DNA from: Desulfobacteraceae bacterium
GTDB lineage: Bacteria > Desulfobacterota > Desulfobacteria > Desulfobacterales > JAJDOA01
Reading direction: 5' to 3'
DNA: 38,235 nucleotides
Assembly: GCA_022340405.1 (NCBI GenBank)
Contig: JAJDOA010000331.1
Coordinates: forward strand, 1 to 38,235
Positions 8,242-17,669 of the stretch are shown piece by piece. Both the position numbers and the translations under genes were made by a program. The notes beneath the pieces are model-generated. The model did not search any database. It had not been told where the DNA came from and saw only the letters and a program-made list of their open reading frames with translations. How positions within the stretch are numbered: the first letter of the stretch is position 1; each line of letters opens with the position of its first letter.

Positions 8242-8814
8242 ATGAAAATCTATACCAAGAGCGGAGACCGCGGCAAAACCAGTTTGTTCAGCGGAGACCG
8301 GGTGCCGAAGCATCACCGACGCGTGCAAGCCTACGGTACGGTGGACGAGCTGTGCTCCGTACTGGGCTGGGTGGCGTCCATTCTTCCGGAGACGACCGAT
8401 GCCATCGAGCAGGAAATCCGGCAAATTCAGTCGGATCTGTTCGACGTGGGGGCCTGGCTATCCACCAAGGAGGACTCCCCCCAGCGGTACGCTCTTGCGG
8501 AAATCGACGACGAACGGATTGCGTATCTGGAAGCGGCCATCGACCGCATGGAGAAAACCCTGCCCCCCTTGAAAACCTTCGTCCTTCCCGGCGGCCACCC
8601 GGCCGGGGCGGCGGCGCATGTAGCCCGCACCGTATGCAGACGGGCCGAAAGAAGGGTGGTGGCCCTCACCGAGCGTTCTCTACAGGAAGGGGTCGGCCAC
8701 CACTCGCTGGACCGCATCCTTTCCTATCTGAATCGGCTTTCCGACTACCTTTTCGTTGTCGCCCGATTCATCAACCAATCGACCGGCGTAGAAGATATCC
8801 CCTGGAGAGGCTGA
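8242..8814 (+). CDS. pduO: PduO-type ATP:cob(I)alamin adenosyltransferase
   Basis: MKIYTKSGDRG, YGTVDEL, FVLPGG, ARTVCRRAER and YLNRLSDYLF are diagnostic motifs. Confidence 0.95.
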   Translation: MKIYTKSGDRGKTSLFSGDRVPKHHRRVQAYGTVDELCSVLGWVASILPETTDAIEQEIRQIQSDLFDVGAWLSTKEDSPQRYALAEIDDERIAYLEAAIDRMEKTLPPLKTFVLPGGHPAGAAAHVARTVCRRAERRVVALTERSLQEGVGHHSLDRILSYLNRLSDYLFVVARFINQSTGVEDIPWRG

Positions 8815-8818
8815 CGGG

Positions 8819-9499
8819 ATGCCAGAGGCCAGCGGGCAGAAACCATCCTTTTCCACCTCCATCCGTGGCCGCAGGCGATTGTCCGAAAAAGCCTTCGAAA
8901 TCGAATTGCTCCGTCCCGATGGGCTGCGTTGGATACCGGGCCAGCGGATTCAGCTCTCCTGGGAAGGCCTCGAACGAGAATACACGCCGGTTTCCATACC
9001 CGGCGAGGCATCGCTCCGTTTGTGCGTCCGTCGGGTTTCCGGCGGCACCTTCAGTACCTTTCTGACGGAGGCATCCGTCGGCACAAGCCTGGGGCTGTCG
9101 GGTCCGTTCGGCTATTTTCTGTACCAACCTTCCGGGCATCGGCCCGTATTCATCGCCACGGGCACCGGTGTCGCTCCATTTGTTGCCATGGCAGCCTCCG
9201 GCGTTACGGGCTTTACGCTGCTTCACGGTGTATCCGCACCTGAGGAGCTCTACTATGCGGATCGACTCCGCACCGCCGCGGTACGCTACCTTCCCTGTGT
9301 GAGCCGCATCCCGGCGGGACGGTTTTCGGATAGGGAAATCTTCCCGGGGCGCGTGACGGATTTTGTCCGCTCCCGCCTCCCCGAGGGGATATACGACTTT
9401 TACCTGTGCGGCCGCGGGGGCATGGTCACAGAAGTGATCTCCATCGTGGACGAACGCTTTCCGGGGTCGCGGGTGTTTTCGGAGCGTTTTTTCGGTTGA
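8819..9499 (+). CDS. Ferredoxin-NADP+ reductase-like FAD/NAD(P)-binding oxidoreductase
   Basis: PGQ, REYT (RxYS/T), GTFSTFL, GPFG, ATGTGVAP, YLCG and a C-terminal ERFF. Confidence 0.9.
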   Translation: MPEASGQKPSFSTSIRGRRRLSEKAFEIELLRPDGLRWIPGQRIQLSWEGLEREYTPVSIPGEASLRLCVRRVSGGTFSTFLTEASVGTSLGLSGPFGYFLYQPSGHRPVFIATGTGVAPFVAMAASGVTGFTLLHGVSAPEELYYADRLRTAAVRYLPCVSRIPAGRFSDREIFPGRVTDFVRSRLPEGIYDFYLCGRGGMVTEVISIVDERFPGSRVFSERFFG

Positions 9500-9545
9500 T
9501 CCGCTTTCCGCAGAGGGGAGGATGGGGAGGAACCTGTCGAATCCG

Positions 9546-11324
9546 TTACCTTTCTTCGCTGTTTTCGACCGGATCCGGCTGCACCGCGGTGAGGGCGAGC
9601 ACCTCTCGAGCCTGCACGACGGCCGGGTGATTGCGCAACGGGTGCAACTCCTCGACCCTTGCTGTGGCCGCTTCGCAGGCGCGGCGCAGCAGCCCGCCCG
9701 ATCCGGACACCATGCGCACCAGGATCTGGAAAAAGAAGAAACATAGGAACAGGAGAATCAGCAGCACGATCACGGCGTGCACGAAATAATGCGTGGGCAG
9801 ATAGTTTCCGGCAAAGTAGGCTTGGGCCGTTTTCCATCCCATGTGCACCAGCAGCGCAAAGGCCGGCAGGTTCAAAAGCGCTTGCAGGGGCCAGCGGCTC
9901 AGCCTCTTTCCGGCGTTGTCCACGGACTCCTCGATGGCCTCATGCCAGATTTCCGCAAGGTGCTCCTCGAGGTCCTCGTCGGCGAGCAGCAAATCGTCGG
10001 TCCGGCGGACATCGTGCTGAAATCCGCCCCGCATCAAGGCTTCGGCAACTTCCGGCCACCGTGCGTTCACGGTCCGTCGAAAGCCGCGCACAGCCAGTGC
10101 GGCCTGCCGGCGGCCCTCGCGTTCGGAAACCGTCGGCTCCCACCGCTTTTTCGACCGGACCGCGCCTGTGAGCATGCGCAAACCGCCGCCGCGCAGGGCC
10201 GAAGCCATCCCGGTGACGAACATCTGCAGGCGGGTCCATATGGCAATCAGCCAGCCCACAGGCCCCACCCACCGCGCCGCAAGCCGTTGATAAAGTCGCA
10301 GGTCCGGACCCTGCATCGCCCGGTTTCCCTGGACGGTATCGGCAACCTGCAGGGCCGATCGCTCCGCCTGCTCGGCCTTTTGCAATGCCGTTTCCAGAGA
10401 ATCGGCCGCTTCGGTCACGGCTCGGACGGTTTCCCGGCCCAGCAGATCCCGAAGGCGGCGTGCATGCTCTACCCTCCGATCCACAACGTAGCCGGCGCGG
10501 TTTACGGTTCCGTGGACGAAACGACGCAGCTCTTCGAATTGATCGTTGTCGTGCCGGGGTTCGGCCCCCGGATCCCAGTTCGGATTCTCAATATGGCTGC
10601 GCGCCGACAGGTAGAAAATCCTCGCGGGAGAAACGGACCATGCCTTCGTCAGGTACCGTTCGAAATCCGGCAGGATGCGGCGGTGCAACTCGTCCCGATC
10701 GAGCCGGTCGCATTTGTTGAGGATCGCAAGCAGTGCCTCGCCCCCGAAAAGCCGTACGAAAGGGGCGAAAAAATCGGCGTGGTCGCGTGTTTTCGGATTT
10801 TCAGCGTTGAAAACACACAGCAGCAGGTCGGACATCGCCACCGCCTCTTTCACGACGGGAATGTGCACCGACCCCTCGTGGCTGTCCACATCCGGCGTGT
10901 CCACCAGCAGCACGTGTTGCAGCCGTTCGGCCGCCGGGTGGCAGCGGAGGCGGACCCTCTCCGCACCGATGGCCTCGACCAGCGGCTCGGCATCGCCGGG
11001 CTGACGGCAAAGAACGACCACCTCACGGGTGGTGGGACGTTCGGTGCCCGTTTCGGACAGAGCGATCCCTCCTCCCAAGGCGTTGAGCAGCGTGGACTTG
11101 CCGGATCCGCAAGGCCCCACGAGTGTGACCACCAGCTTGCGCTCGAACCGCTCCTGAAGGCCGTGAAGCATCGACCGCACCTCCCGGCACTGGCGCTCGA
11201 GACCCGCGGCGGGCCGCCACAGAGGCACCCGCTCCAGAGCCTTGCAGAGCGCTTCCACATCGTTGCGGCATTCCGCCACTGTTCCCAGGGCGCGGAGAAG
11301 GGTGGCACTGGTCTCGTTCGTCAT
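9546..11324 (-). CDS. Dynamin-like P-loop GTPase with C-terminal transmembrane hairpin
   Basis: G1 GPCGSGKS, G2 RPTT, G3 DTPD and G4 NKCD, then a long helical region and two hydrophobic segments near the C-terminus. ATGA overlap with the upstream gene. Confidence 0.8.
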   Translation of the reverse strand: MTNETSATLLRALGTVAECRNDVEALCKALERVPLWRPAAGLERQCREVRSMLHGLQERFERKLVVTLVGPCGSGKSTLLNALGGGIALSETGTERPTTREVVVLCRQPGDAEPLVEAIGAERVRLRCHPAAERLQHVLLVDTPDVDSHEGSVHIPVVKEAVAMSDLLLCVFNAENPKTRDHADFFAPFVRLFGGEALLAILNKCDRLDRDELHRRILPDFERYLTKAWSVSPARIFYLSARSHIENPNWDPGAEPRHDNDQFEELRRFVHGTVNRAGYVVDRRVEHARRLRDLLGRETVRAVTEAADSLETALQKAEQAERSALQVADTVQGNRAMQGPDLRLYQRLAARWVGPVGWLIAIWTRLQMFVTGMASALRGGGLRMLTGAVRSKKRWEPTVSEREGRRQAALAVRGFRRTVNARWPEVAEALMRGGFQHDVRRTDDLLLADEDLEEHLAEIWHEAIEESVDNAGKRLSRWPLQALLNLPAFALLVHMGWKTAQAYFAGNYLPTHYFVHAVIVLLILLFLCFFFFQILVRMVSGSGGLLRRACEAATARVEELHPLRNHPAVVQAREVLALTAVQPDPVENSEER

Positions 11325-13300
11325 CGGACAGGCTCCCTGGCTGCAGCGAGTTCCAGGCACCGGCGGACATCGTCGATCCGCAAGCGGCTGTCTTCGAGGT
11401 TATGGCCGGCCTCGGCCAAAACCGGGCCTGTGACCTCGGTTTCGAAAAGATCCCGCACGGTGCGCAGTTTGTCGTCGAGCCAGGCTTTGGCGATGGGGCC
11501 CAGCAAACGCTCCAGCTGGGCCTGATCGGCTTTTTTCACCCCCGATGTGGCGGGAATGGCGATGAGGGCATAGAGGTCGTTCAATCCGAACAGGCCGGTC
11601 AATTTGACCTTGATGCCCGTGGCGCCGATGGGGTCTCCCGTGGACAGGACATAGGTGACGGCCGCCGTTGCCGGCAGCACGTTCAGGAAAGCGGAAAAGG
11701 ACTGCCGCAGTTTGTCCCACGTGCCCATCCGCTTCCGGAATCTTTCGGCCACTGCAAGCAACTCCCGCTCCACGCCCTCCGAAATGGAAAGAATTTCCCC
11801 TTTCCGTGAAACGACATCGGCAAGCAGGGAAGCCCATTCCCGTCGACGAAGCGCTTCCTGGCGTTCGACGAGGCTAGGATGCAACGGCACCTGCACCTCG
11901 ACCCATCCCGGATGGTCCTGGTCTCGCACCATCACGGATCCTTTCTCCGGAGCGGGACCACCGAGTCGCTGCAGCGCCTCTTTCATACGCCGCACCGCCG
12001 GATCGTCTCCGGGCGCGGTCACCGAAAGCGCAGGCGAAATTAGCTGAGTGTGGAGCCGGTTCAGCGCGGCAATCAAGTCCGCGCCGAGCTTCTCCGTATA
12101 GGATTCCGGATCGGCGAGCGCCTCGCGGTTATCGGATCCGGACGCGATCTTTCGAACCGCACCGAAAACCTGCTTCAGAGGCCATTCGATTACCGTGCCG
12201 GTTTTCCGCATGAATCGGATGTGGACCGGGTCCGTATTCATCCAGATTTCGGCAAATCGCCGAACCACCCGATCCATGGGAAAATGCCGCAGTGCCTCTT
12301 GGGCACATTGGCTTTGCAGGGTTCTGAGGGCGTCCAGGTACAGGGCGAGCCAGTCGCAGGATCGTTCGGCATGATCGGACAGCATGCGGGCGGATGCCAG
12401 AGCGTCCGACAGCACCGATCGGTGCAGTTCCCACCGCAGCGCGGGGGCGTCGATTTCCTGCAGCGCCTGGACAAGACCGGGACGGCCCTCGTGAACCGGT
12501 TGTATGGCGGGAGGCTTCCGGCCAGCGGCAACCGCGTTGTCTTCGTCGACGCGGAAAACACCCAACACCATCTCCCTGGCCGCATCCCCGTATAGGTTTC
12601 TGGCCACAACAGCGGCGTGCTCGTCGACCTCCTCGGCGCGGAAGCTCGGGTAGACCCGATAGACCAAGAAACATTTGCGCCGGCCGATTCCGGTGAGCAT
12701 CCGGGCGACGAAATCGGTGTTGTCGCGGTTGTTGTAGTTGGCGTTGGTAAATGTGTAGACGAGGACGTCGGCCACGTCCAAGGCCTGTTCGGCCACGGTG
12801 CGGTTGGTGTAGGCCCCTGCGGCGCCGGTGTCGAAATCGGGCGTGTCCACCACCATCAATCCCTCGGGGACCGATTCCAGCGCAATCCGTGTCGGAGGGC
12901 CCGTATCGGTCAGTGCCTCGGAAGAGGAAAAATCTTCGGGAACGACGCCGAAGGGGGCGAAAAGATTCTCCAGCATGTCCGGGCTGCGCCGCAGATGCCG
13001 CGGGTGGATTCCCAGCAGCAACCTCCGGTTCATCCCGGCCCTGCCCCCGGTGGGAGACACGGCCTTGCCGACAACCGCGTTGAAAAGGGTGGACTTGCCC
13101 GAGGAGCCCCCCCCGCAAACGGCCACGACCAAGGGGAGTTCCGGGTGGAATCGGGGCAGAACCTTTCCGTCCATCACGGATACGAACCGAGCCGCCTCCT
13201 CCGCTTGTTCCGGCAACAGTCTCTCCGCAAGCACCGGGACCTGCGACCGCAATCGGTGCAGCGCCGCGTCGAGGGAATCGTCGTGTTCGGTATCCGCCAT
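11321..13300 (-). CDS. Dynamin-like P-loop GTPase (atypical G2/G4)
   Basis: G1 GGGSSGKS and G3 DTPDFD, a helical stalk-like region and a Gly-rich hydrophobic paddle-like segment. Confidence 0.8.
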   Translation of the reverse strand: MADTEHDDSLDAALHRLRSQVPVLAERLLPEQAEEAARFVSVMDGKVLPRFHPELPLVVAVCGGGSSGKSTLFNAVVGKAVSPTGGRAGMNRRLLLGIHPRHLRRSPDMLENLFAPFGVVPEDFSSSEALTDTGPPTRIALESVPEGLMVVDTPDFDTGAAGAYTNRTVAEQALDVADVLVYTFTNANYNNRDNTDFVARMLTGIGRRKCFLVYRVYPSFRAEEVDEHAAVVARNLYGDAAREMVLGVFRVDEDNAVAAGRKPPAIQPVHEGRPGLVQALQEIDAPALRWELHRSVLSDALASARMLSDHAERSCDWLALYLDALRTLQSQCAQEALRHFPMDRVVRRFAEIWMNTDPVHIRFMRKTGTVIEWPLKQVFGAVRKIASGSDNREALADPESYTEKLGADLIAALNRLHTQLISPALSVTAPGDDPAVRRMKEALQRLGGPAPEKGSVMVRDQDHPGWVEVQVPLHPSLVERQEALRRREWASLLADVVSRKGEILSISEGVERELLAVAERFRKRMGTWDKLRQSFSAFLNVLPATAAVTYVLSTGDPIGATGIKVKLTGLFGLNDLYALIAIPATSGVKKADQAQLERLLGPIAKAWLDDKLRTVRDLFETEVTGPVLAEAGHNLEDSRLRIDDVRRCLELAAAREPVR

Positions 13301-13419
13301 GGTTCGAAAACGCCTCTCGTGGGGTTCGGCACAATGGCGGCGGTTCCGGGTACCGCCGCGGACAACAAATACCACAATTTCGTAAGTGAAGAAACCGGAC
13401 GGTACGGCCTCTGCGGTGT

Positions 13420-13448
13420 TTGACACACAAAGGGACGGCCCCCATAAT
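13420..13448 (+). promoter_or_regulatory. hslO promoter (sigma-70-like, overlapping a sigma-32-like -10)
   Basis: TTGACA-N17-CATAAT, with CCCCAT at 13440-13445. Confidence 0.6.
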
Positions 13449-13533
13449 GGTGCGGGAAAAGAAAAACCGACGGGCTCGCCCCGTGCGAGCCGAGTCCGTT
13501 TAGGGCCGCCATGGATGCAAGCTGGGGTCACCG

Positions 13534-14478
13534 ATGATCAAAAAGCCCGTAGTAAACAGCACCGACCGCAAAGAACGCTTGAAAGCAGCCGCCAAAGACC
13601 GCATCTATCGGTTCTTGATGGGCGGGGGCTCGGTCCGGGGTGCGATGATCCGCGCCGGATGGATGATCCGGCAAATGCGCACCAACCATGAATTGGGGCT
13701 TCTGGAGACGCTGGCCCTCGGGCACGCTTACATGGCCGCCGCCCTGGTGTCTGCGGAGGGAAAGGCGGTCCATCGCTCCGTACTGCAGATGAATTGCACC
13801 GGACCGATACAGGGCCTGCAGGTGGAAGCCACCGCCAACGGGCAGGTGCGGGGATTTCTGAAAACCTCCGGAATTGCACTGGACCAACCTCCGGGCTCCT
13901 TCGATCTGGCGCCTTTTTTCGGCGGCGGCACCCTTTCGGTGACCCGCTATCTGAAAGACGGCCGGTGGCCGTTTACGGGAACGGTGGCCATGCGCTTTGG
14001 AACCGTGGCCAAGGATCTGGCCCATTACTACCGCATATCGGAGCAGACACCCGCGGCGTTTCACCTGAGCATTCAATTCGATCCGGACGGGGAGGTGGCC
14101 GGCGCTGGAGGCCTCTTCGTCCAGACGCTGCCTGGAACGGATACGGAGACCACCGTCCGGCTGGAATCCCTCGTGGAGGCGCTTCCGTCGCTGGGCAAGG
14201 TCTTTGCCGGCAGCGGGGATCCGGAAACACTGATCCACGATTGGTTCGGCACCCTCTCGCCGAAGATCCTCGATCGGCGACGGGCGGAGTTCGTGTGCCA
14301 CTGCAGCAAAACCCGGACGCGAAACCTTCTGACCATGCTGCCCGCCGGTGAATTGGAGGAAATCGCGCAAAACGGCCCGTTCCCGCTGGAGATGAAATGC
14401 CACAATTGCGGCACGCGCTACCACTTCACCCGGGAGGAACTGCGCCGCATCCGAAAAAGGCGGTTTTCCCGGAACTGA
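13534..14478 (+). CDS. hslO: Hsp33 redox-regulated chaperone
   Basis: YYRISEQTP, AGGLFVQTLPG and the Zn motif CHC...CHNC. Confidence 0.95.
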   Translation: MIKKPVVNSTDRKERLKAAAKDRIYRFLMGGGSVRGAMIRAGWMIRQMRTNHELGLLETLALGHAYMAAALVSAEGKAVHRSVLQMNCTGPIQGLQVEATANGQVRGFLKTSGIALDQPPGSFDLAPFFGGGTLSVTRYLKDGRWPFTGTVAMRFGTVAKDLAHYYRISEQTPAAFHLSIQFDPDGEVAGAGGLFVQTLPGTDTETTVRLESLVEALPSLGKVFAGSGDPETLIHDWFGTLSPKILDRRRAEFVCHCSKTRTRNLLTMLPAGELEEIAQNGPFPLEMKCHNCGTRYHFTREELRRIRKRRFSRN

Positions 14479-14501
14479 CGTTGAATCACCCGTGCCCGGT
14501 T

Positions 14502-15716
14502 TCATTGTTTCCAGTGCGCAAGACCGAATCGGAGAAACACCAGGGCCACCACCCCCAGGACGGCGGAGCAACCGCTGATGGCGGCAATACCGCCCATTGT
14601 CCATACCGCCCCGCCGATCAGGGCTCCGCAAACCCTTCCCAAGCCAGCCGAAGCGAAATACACCGACATCATGGTAGCCCGGGCCGAAGGCACCAACTCG
14701 GTGGCGAGCGAAAGCGATGTAACGAAGGTGAACTCGAAGGCCAGGAAGAGGAAAAACAGCCCGCCCATGGCCGACAAGTAGGTGTCCCCCGCCCACGGCA
14801 ACACCAAGAACAGAACGATTACGAAGAGCAGGCCCACCGTTACCGAACGATGCAGACCGAACCGGTCGGCCAGGGAGGCCGTCAGCCCTTCACCGAGGAG
14901 TTCGGCGGCACCGATGGTGGCGGTCCCCAGGCCGAGCGCCATTACCGAGAGTCCGAAAGCTTGCTCCAGCCACACGCCGTAGACCACGAAAAGATTGTCG
15001 TTTGCGGCACTGACGAAAAAGGCAAAACCCAGGGCCCCGACCGCAGGCCTTTGCCGGAGAACCTGTTTCCAGATGGGCCATAACGTCTGAGCGGCGGAAG
15101 GCTCCCGTCCGGTGTCTTCCTGCACCTGCCGGGGTCCGCTCGGAATCAGGAGCCGGGCAAGCACCGCCCCGCCCAGAACGGCGGCGCAGCCCAGCGCGAA
15201 AAACGGTGCTCGCCAGCCGAACCGCTCGATCAGTATCCCGACCAGTGGAATGCCCGCCAGTGTGGCGCCGGACCAGCTGATTTCCAAAATGCCGATGACG
15301 GTGCCCCGTCGATGGTAGGGAACCCGGCGGCTCAGGTGCGCCTGGATGGCCGGATCGAAAATGCTCTTTCCCAATCCGGCCAGCAGAAGGGAAAACAGAA
15401 CCACGGCGTATACGGGAAGAAAGCCGGCGGCAAACATTCCCGCAGCCAAAAGGCCCAGTCCGCATAGCATCATCGGTCGGTAGCCGATTCGGTCGATGAG
15501 TGGACCGAAAAGGGCGCCGAGCACCGCCGTGGCCTGATTGACGGCGATGAGGGCTGTGACCGCGGGCAGGGGAACGCCCAATCCGCGGCTCAGCGCGGGT
15601 GCGAAAGGGTACGGAAATCGACGGGCGGTGTTGAGCAGAATGCGACTGATGGTGGCGGTGGCCACCACCCACCCCAGGCCTCTCCGGTCGTGGTTTCCGG
15701 ATTCGGGTACTGCCAT
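14502..15716 (-). CDS. MFS transporter
   Basis: About 12 TM segments; motif A GPLIDRIGYR and LADRFG. Confidence 0.92.
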   Translation of the reverse strand: MAVPESGNHDRRGLGWVVATATISRILLNTARRFPYPFAPALSRGLGVPLPAVTALIAVNQATAVLGALFGPLIDRIGYRPMMLCGLGLLAAGMFAAGFLPVYAVVLFSLLLAGLGKSIFDPAIQAHLSRRVPYHRRGTVIGILEISWSGATLAGIPLVGILIERFGWRAPFFALGCAAVLGGAVLARLLIPSGPRQVQEDTGREPSAAQTLWPIWKQVLRQRPAVGALGFAFFVSAANDNLFVVYGVWLEQAFGLSVMALGLGTATIGAAELLGEGLTASLADRFGLHRSVTVGLLFVIVLFLVLPWAGDTYLSAMGGLFFLFLAFEFTFVTSLSLATELVPSARATMMSVYFASAGLGRVCGALIGGAVWTMGGIAAISGCSAVLGVVALVFLRFGLAHWKQ

Positions 15717-15723
15717 GCGGACC

Positions 15724-17268
15724 CTACTCGACACCCCGGGTCGGGACCGGATGCGATACGATCTGGGCATGGAGTCCGTCGGCCCGCAGGCCCTCGGCCG
15801 TAACCGCCGCCTGTTCGGAAGAGGAAAAGGCCCCCACCAGAAGCCGGGTCGTTGCAGAGGCCGGATCCTCGGTCACCGGGTAGGCGATCAAATGCCGGCG
15901 CTTGAGGCGCTGCTGCACTTCACGGAGCGATTGCCCAGCATCCTGGACCTGGACCTCGACGGCATACGGCATGGTGACCACTCGTGCAAACCGGTAATCC
16001 CGAGCTTTCAGCACCTGGGCCGCACGCAGGGCGGCCTCCCGGGTCTCGAACCGGCCGATGAAAAGCCGGTGCCAATCTCCCCCGCGGCTGGGCAGGTGGG
16101 CGAGGGACACGAAGGCCGGATGCCCGTCGCCTTGCAGTCGAAGCGCTTCCCGAACCGCCGTGTCGGGGTTGCGGAAAGAGGCCACCTGCACGGTGTATGG
16201 ATAGAGGATCGTTTTCCGGGCAACCCGGGGTGGCGCCACCGTCTTCGGCTCCGCGGTTTTCGGAGGAGGCTGGGAAACCGTGGCGGCCGTCCGGGCTCTC
16301 GCCGCAGGCGGCGTTTCCGTCGCCGGAGCGGGTGTTTTCCCCTTCATCGGCAATTCGGCGGGCAAAGCGGCCGGTTTTGCTGCATCGACCTGTGCCGGCG
16401 TTTCGCCTGGATCGGGTACCGGTTCGTCTCCATTCGCCGCCTTCAGCGTTTTCGAGCCCCGCCGGAAGGTACGGAGGTCGGGACCGTATCCTGCCAGGTA
16501 GGTTTTCCCCAACGGCATGCGTGCCCGGAAGGACTGCAGGCGCCCCAGGTGCTCCTGGAGGGCCTGGCGGTCTCCCGCGGCTTCCAGGTCATAGACGATT
16601 TGTTGCTCCAGACGGAGGGCGTCATCGAAGCGGCCCTGTTCCGCGTAGGCGGCGGCCAATGCCCCCAGAGAATCCGCATCCGAGCGAAGCGCCACCGCCT
16701 TTCGGGCATATTCCTCGGCAGCCGGTCCGTTGCGGAACCGGGGGTCGGGGCAGGCCGCCAGAATCCAAGCCAGCGGGAGATAGATGTCGTAGGCCGGCTG
16801 CAGCTGTTCGGCCCTTCGCAGATCCGTGATCGCCCGGTCGAAATCACCGGTACGCCGCCAGGCCGCCGCCCGGTTCTGGAGCGCACTGACGTAGTCGGGG
16901 TCCAGGGAGAGTGCCCGGTCATAGTCCGCGATGGCCCGCACGGTTTCTCCCCTCTGGTACCAGGCGACGCCCCGGTTGTTGTAGGCCCCGGCAAGGTCCG
17001 GATCCAAATGGAGTGCGGCCGTGTAATCCCGTATCGCCCGTTCGTACACACCCATCTTGTGCCATGCCGCCCCTCTGCTGTTGTAGGCTCCGGCATTGTC
17101 GGGGTTCTGCTCGATGGCCTTGTTGAAGGCGCTGATGGCCTCGGAGTAGCGTCGTTCCCGAAGAGCCGCCAGCCCTTTTTCGTACCAGTTCTCGACGGCG
17201 TTCGCCGGCCAAGCCGCCGCAAATAACAACGCTGCAGCCAGCAGCCAAGCAAGAACCCTACCGCCCAT
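15724..17268 (-). CDS. Exported TPR-repeat protein with C-terminal SPOR domain(s)
   Basis: Signal peptide (..AWPANA), tandem TPRs (AYNSRG, AYNNRG), a Pro/Ala linker and SPOR-like YTVQVASFR..WHRLFIGRF. RBS aaggag. Confidence 0.88.
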   Translation of the reverse strand: MGGRVLAWLLAAALLFAAAWPANAVENWYEKGLAALRERRYSEAISAFNKAIEQNPDNAGAYNSRGAAWHKMGVYERAIRDYTAALHLDPDLAGAYNNRGVAWYQRGETVRAIADYDRALSLDPDYVSALQNRAAAWRRTGDFDRAITDLRRAEQLQPAYDIYLPLAWILAACPDPRFRNGPAAEEYARKAVALRSDADSLGALAAAYAEQGRFDDALRLEQQIVYDLEAAGDRQALQEHLGRLQSFRARMPLGKTYLAGYGPDLRTFRRGSKTLKAANGDEPVPDPGETPAQVDAAKPAALPAELPMKGKTPAPATETPPAARARTAATVSQPPPKTAEPKTVAPPRVARKTILYPYTVQVASFRNPDTAVREALRLQGDGHPAFVSLAHLPSRGGDWHRLFIGRFETREAALRAAQVLKARDYRFARVVTMPYAVEVQVQDAGQSLREVQQRLKRRHLIAYPVTEDPASATTRLLVGAFSSSEQAAVTAEGLRADGLHAQIVSHPVPTRGVE

Positions 17269-17466
17269 GGCACTCCTTTCCGCTAGGCGATCCGGACCGT
17301 AACGTGAATCCGGACGCACCCGCCTTCGCCTTGCCCCTATCCTGGGGGATCACGGCATTTTCGATGATGATTACCGCAAAGCCGGAACCGCGTCAAACAG
17401 TTGACTTCACCACCGGATCAGAGTAGCTGTATCTTAGCTTTTCACTGGCGGCTCCAAAGGTTGTTT

Positions 17467-17534
17467 CTGGAAGCGATCTCGAAATTAGAATTTTCGTTCA
17501 AGGTCAAAAAAAACAATATAGAAACAGCCCCTAA
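17467..17534 (+). mobile_element. Internally deleted copy of MITE family A
   Basis: tggaagcgatctcgaaattagaattttcgttcaaggtcaa matches the left end of 38002, joined directly to acaatatagaaacagcccctaa, which matches the right end of the copy at 172-305. Confidence 0.7.
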
Positions 17535-17669
17535 AACGAAAACCCGAATTTCCGAAAGAAATCGCGACGCATCGGGAACCCGTGGGATCCCTGGAATGGG
17601 TCGCGCGGATGCAGGCGTCCGGCGGTGCGGCACCGTCGGCATTTCAACACACCATTGCAGGAGGGCCAA

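Noticed and set aside
9777-11525. Long antisense ORFs (e.g. 9777-11525, 15538-17226, 17442-18746, 20319-21503)
   Set aside because: These are shadow frames of well-supported genes in GC-rich DNA and carry no recognisable motifs.
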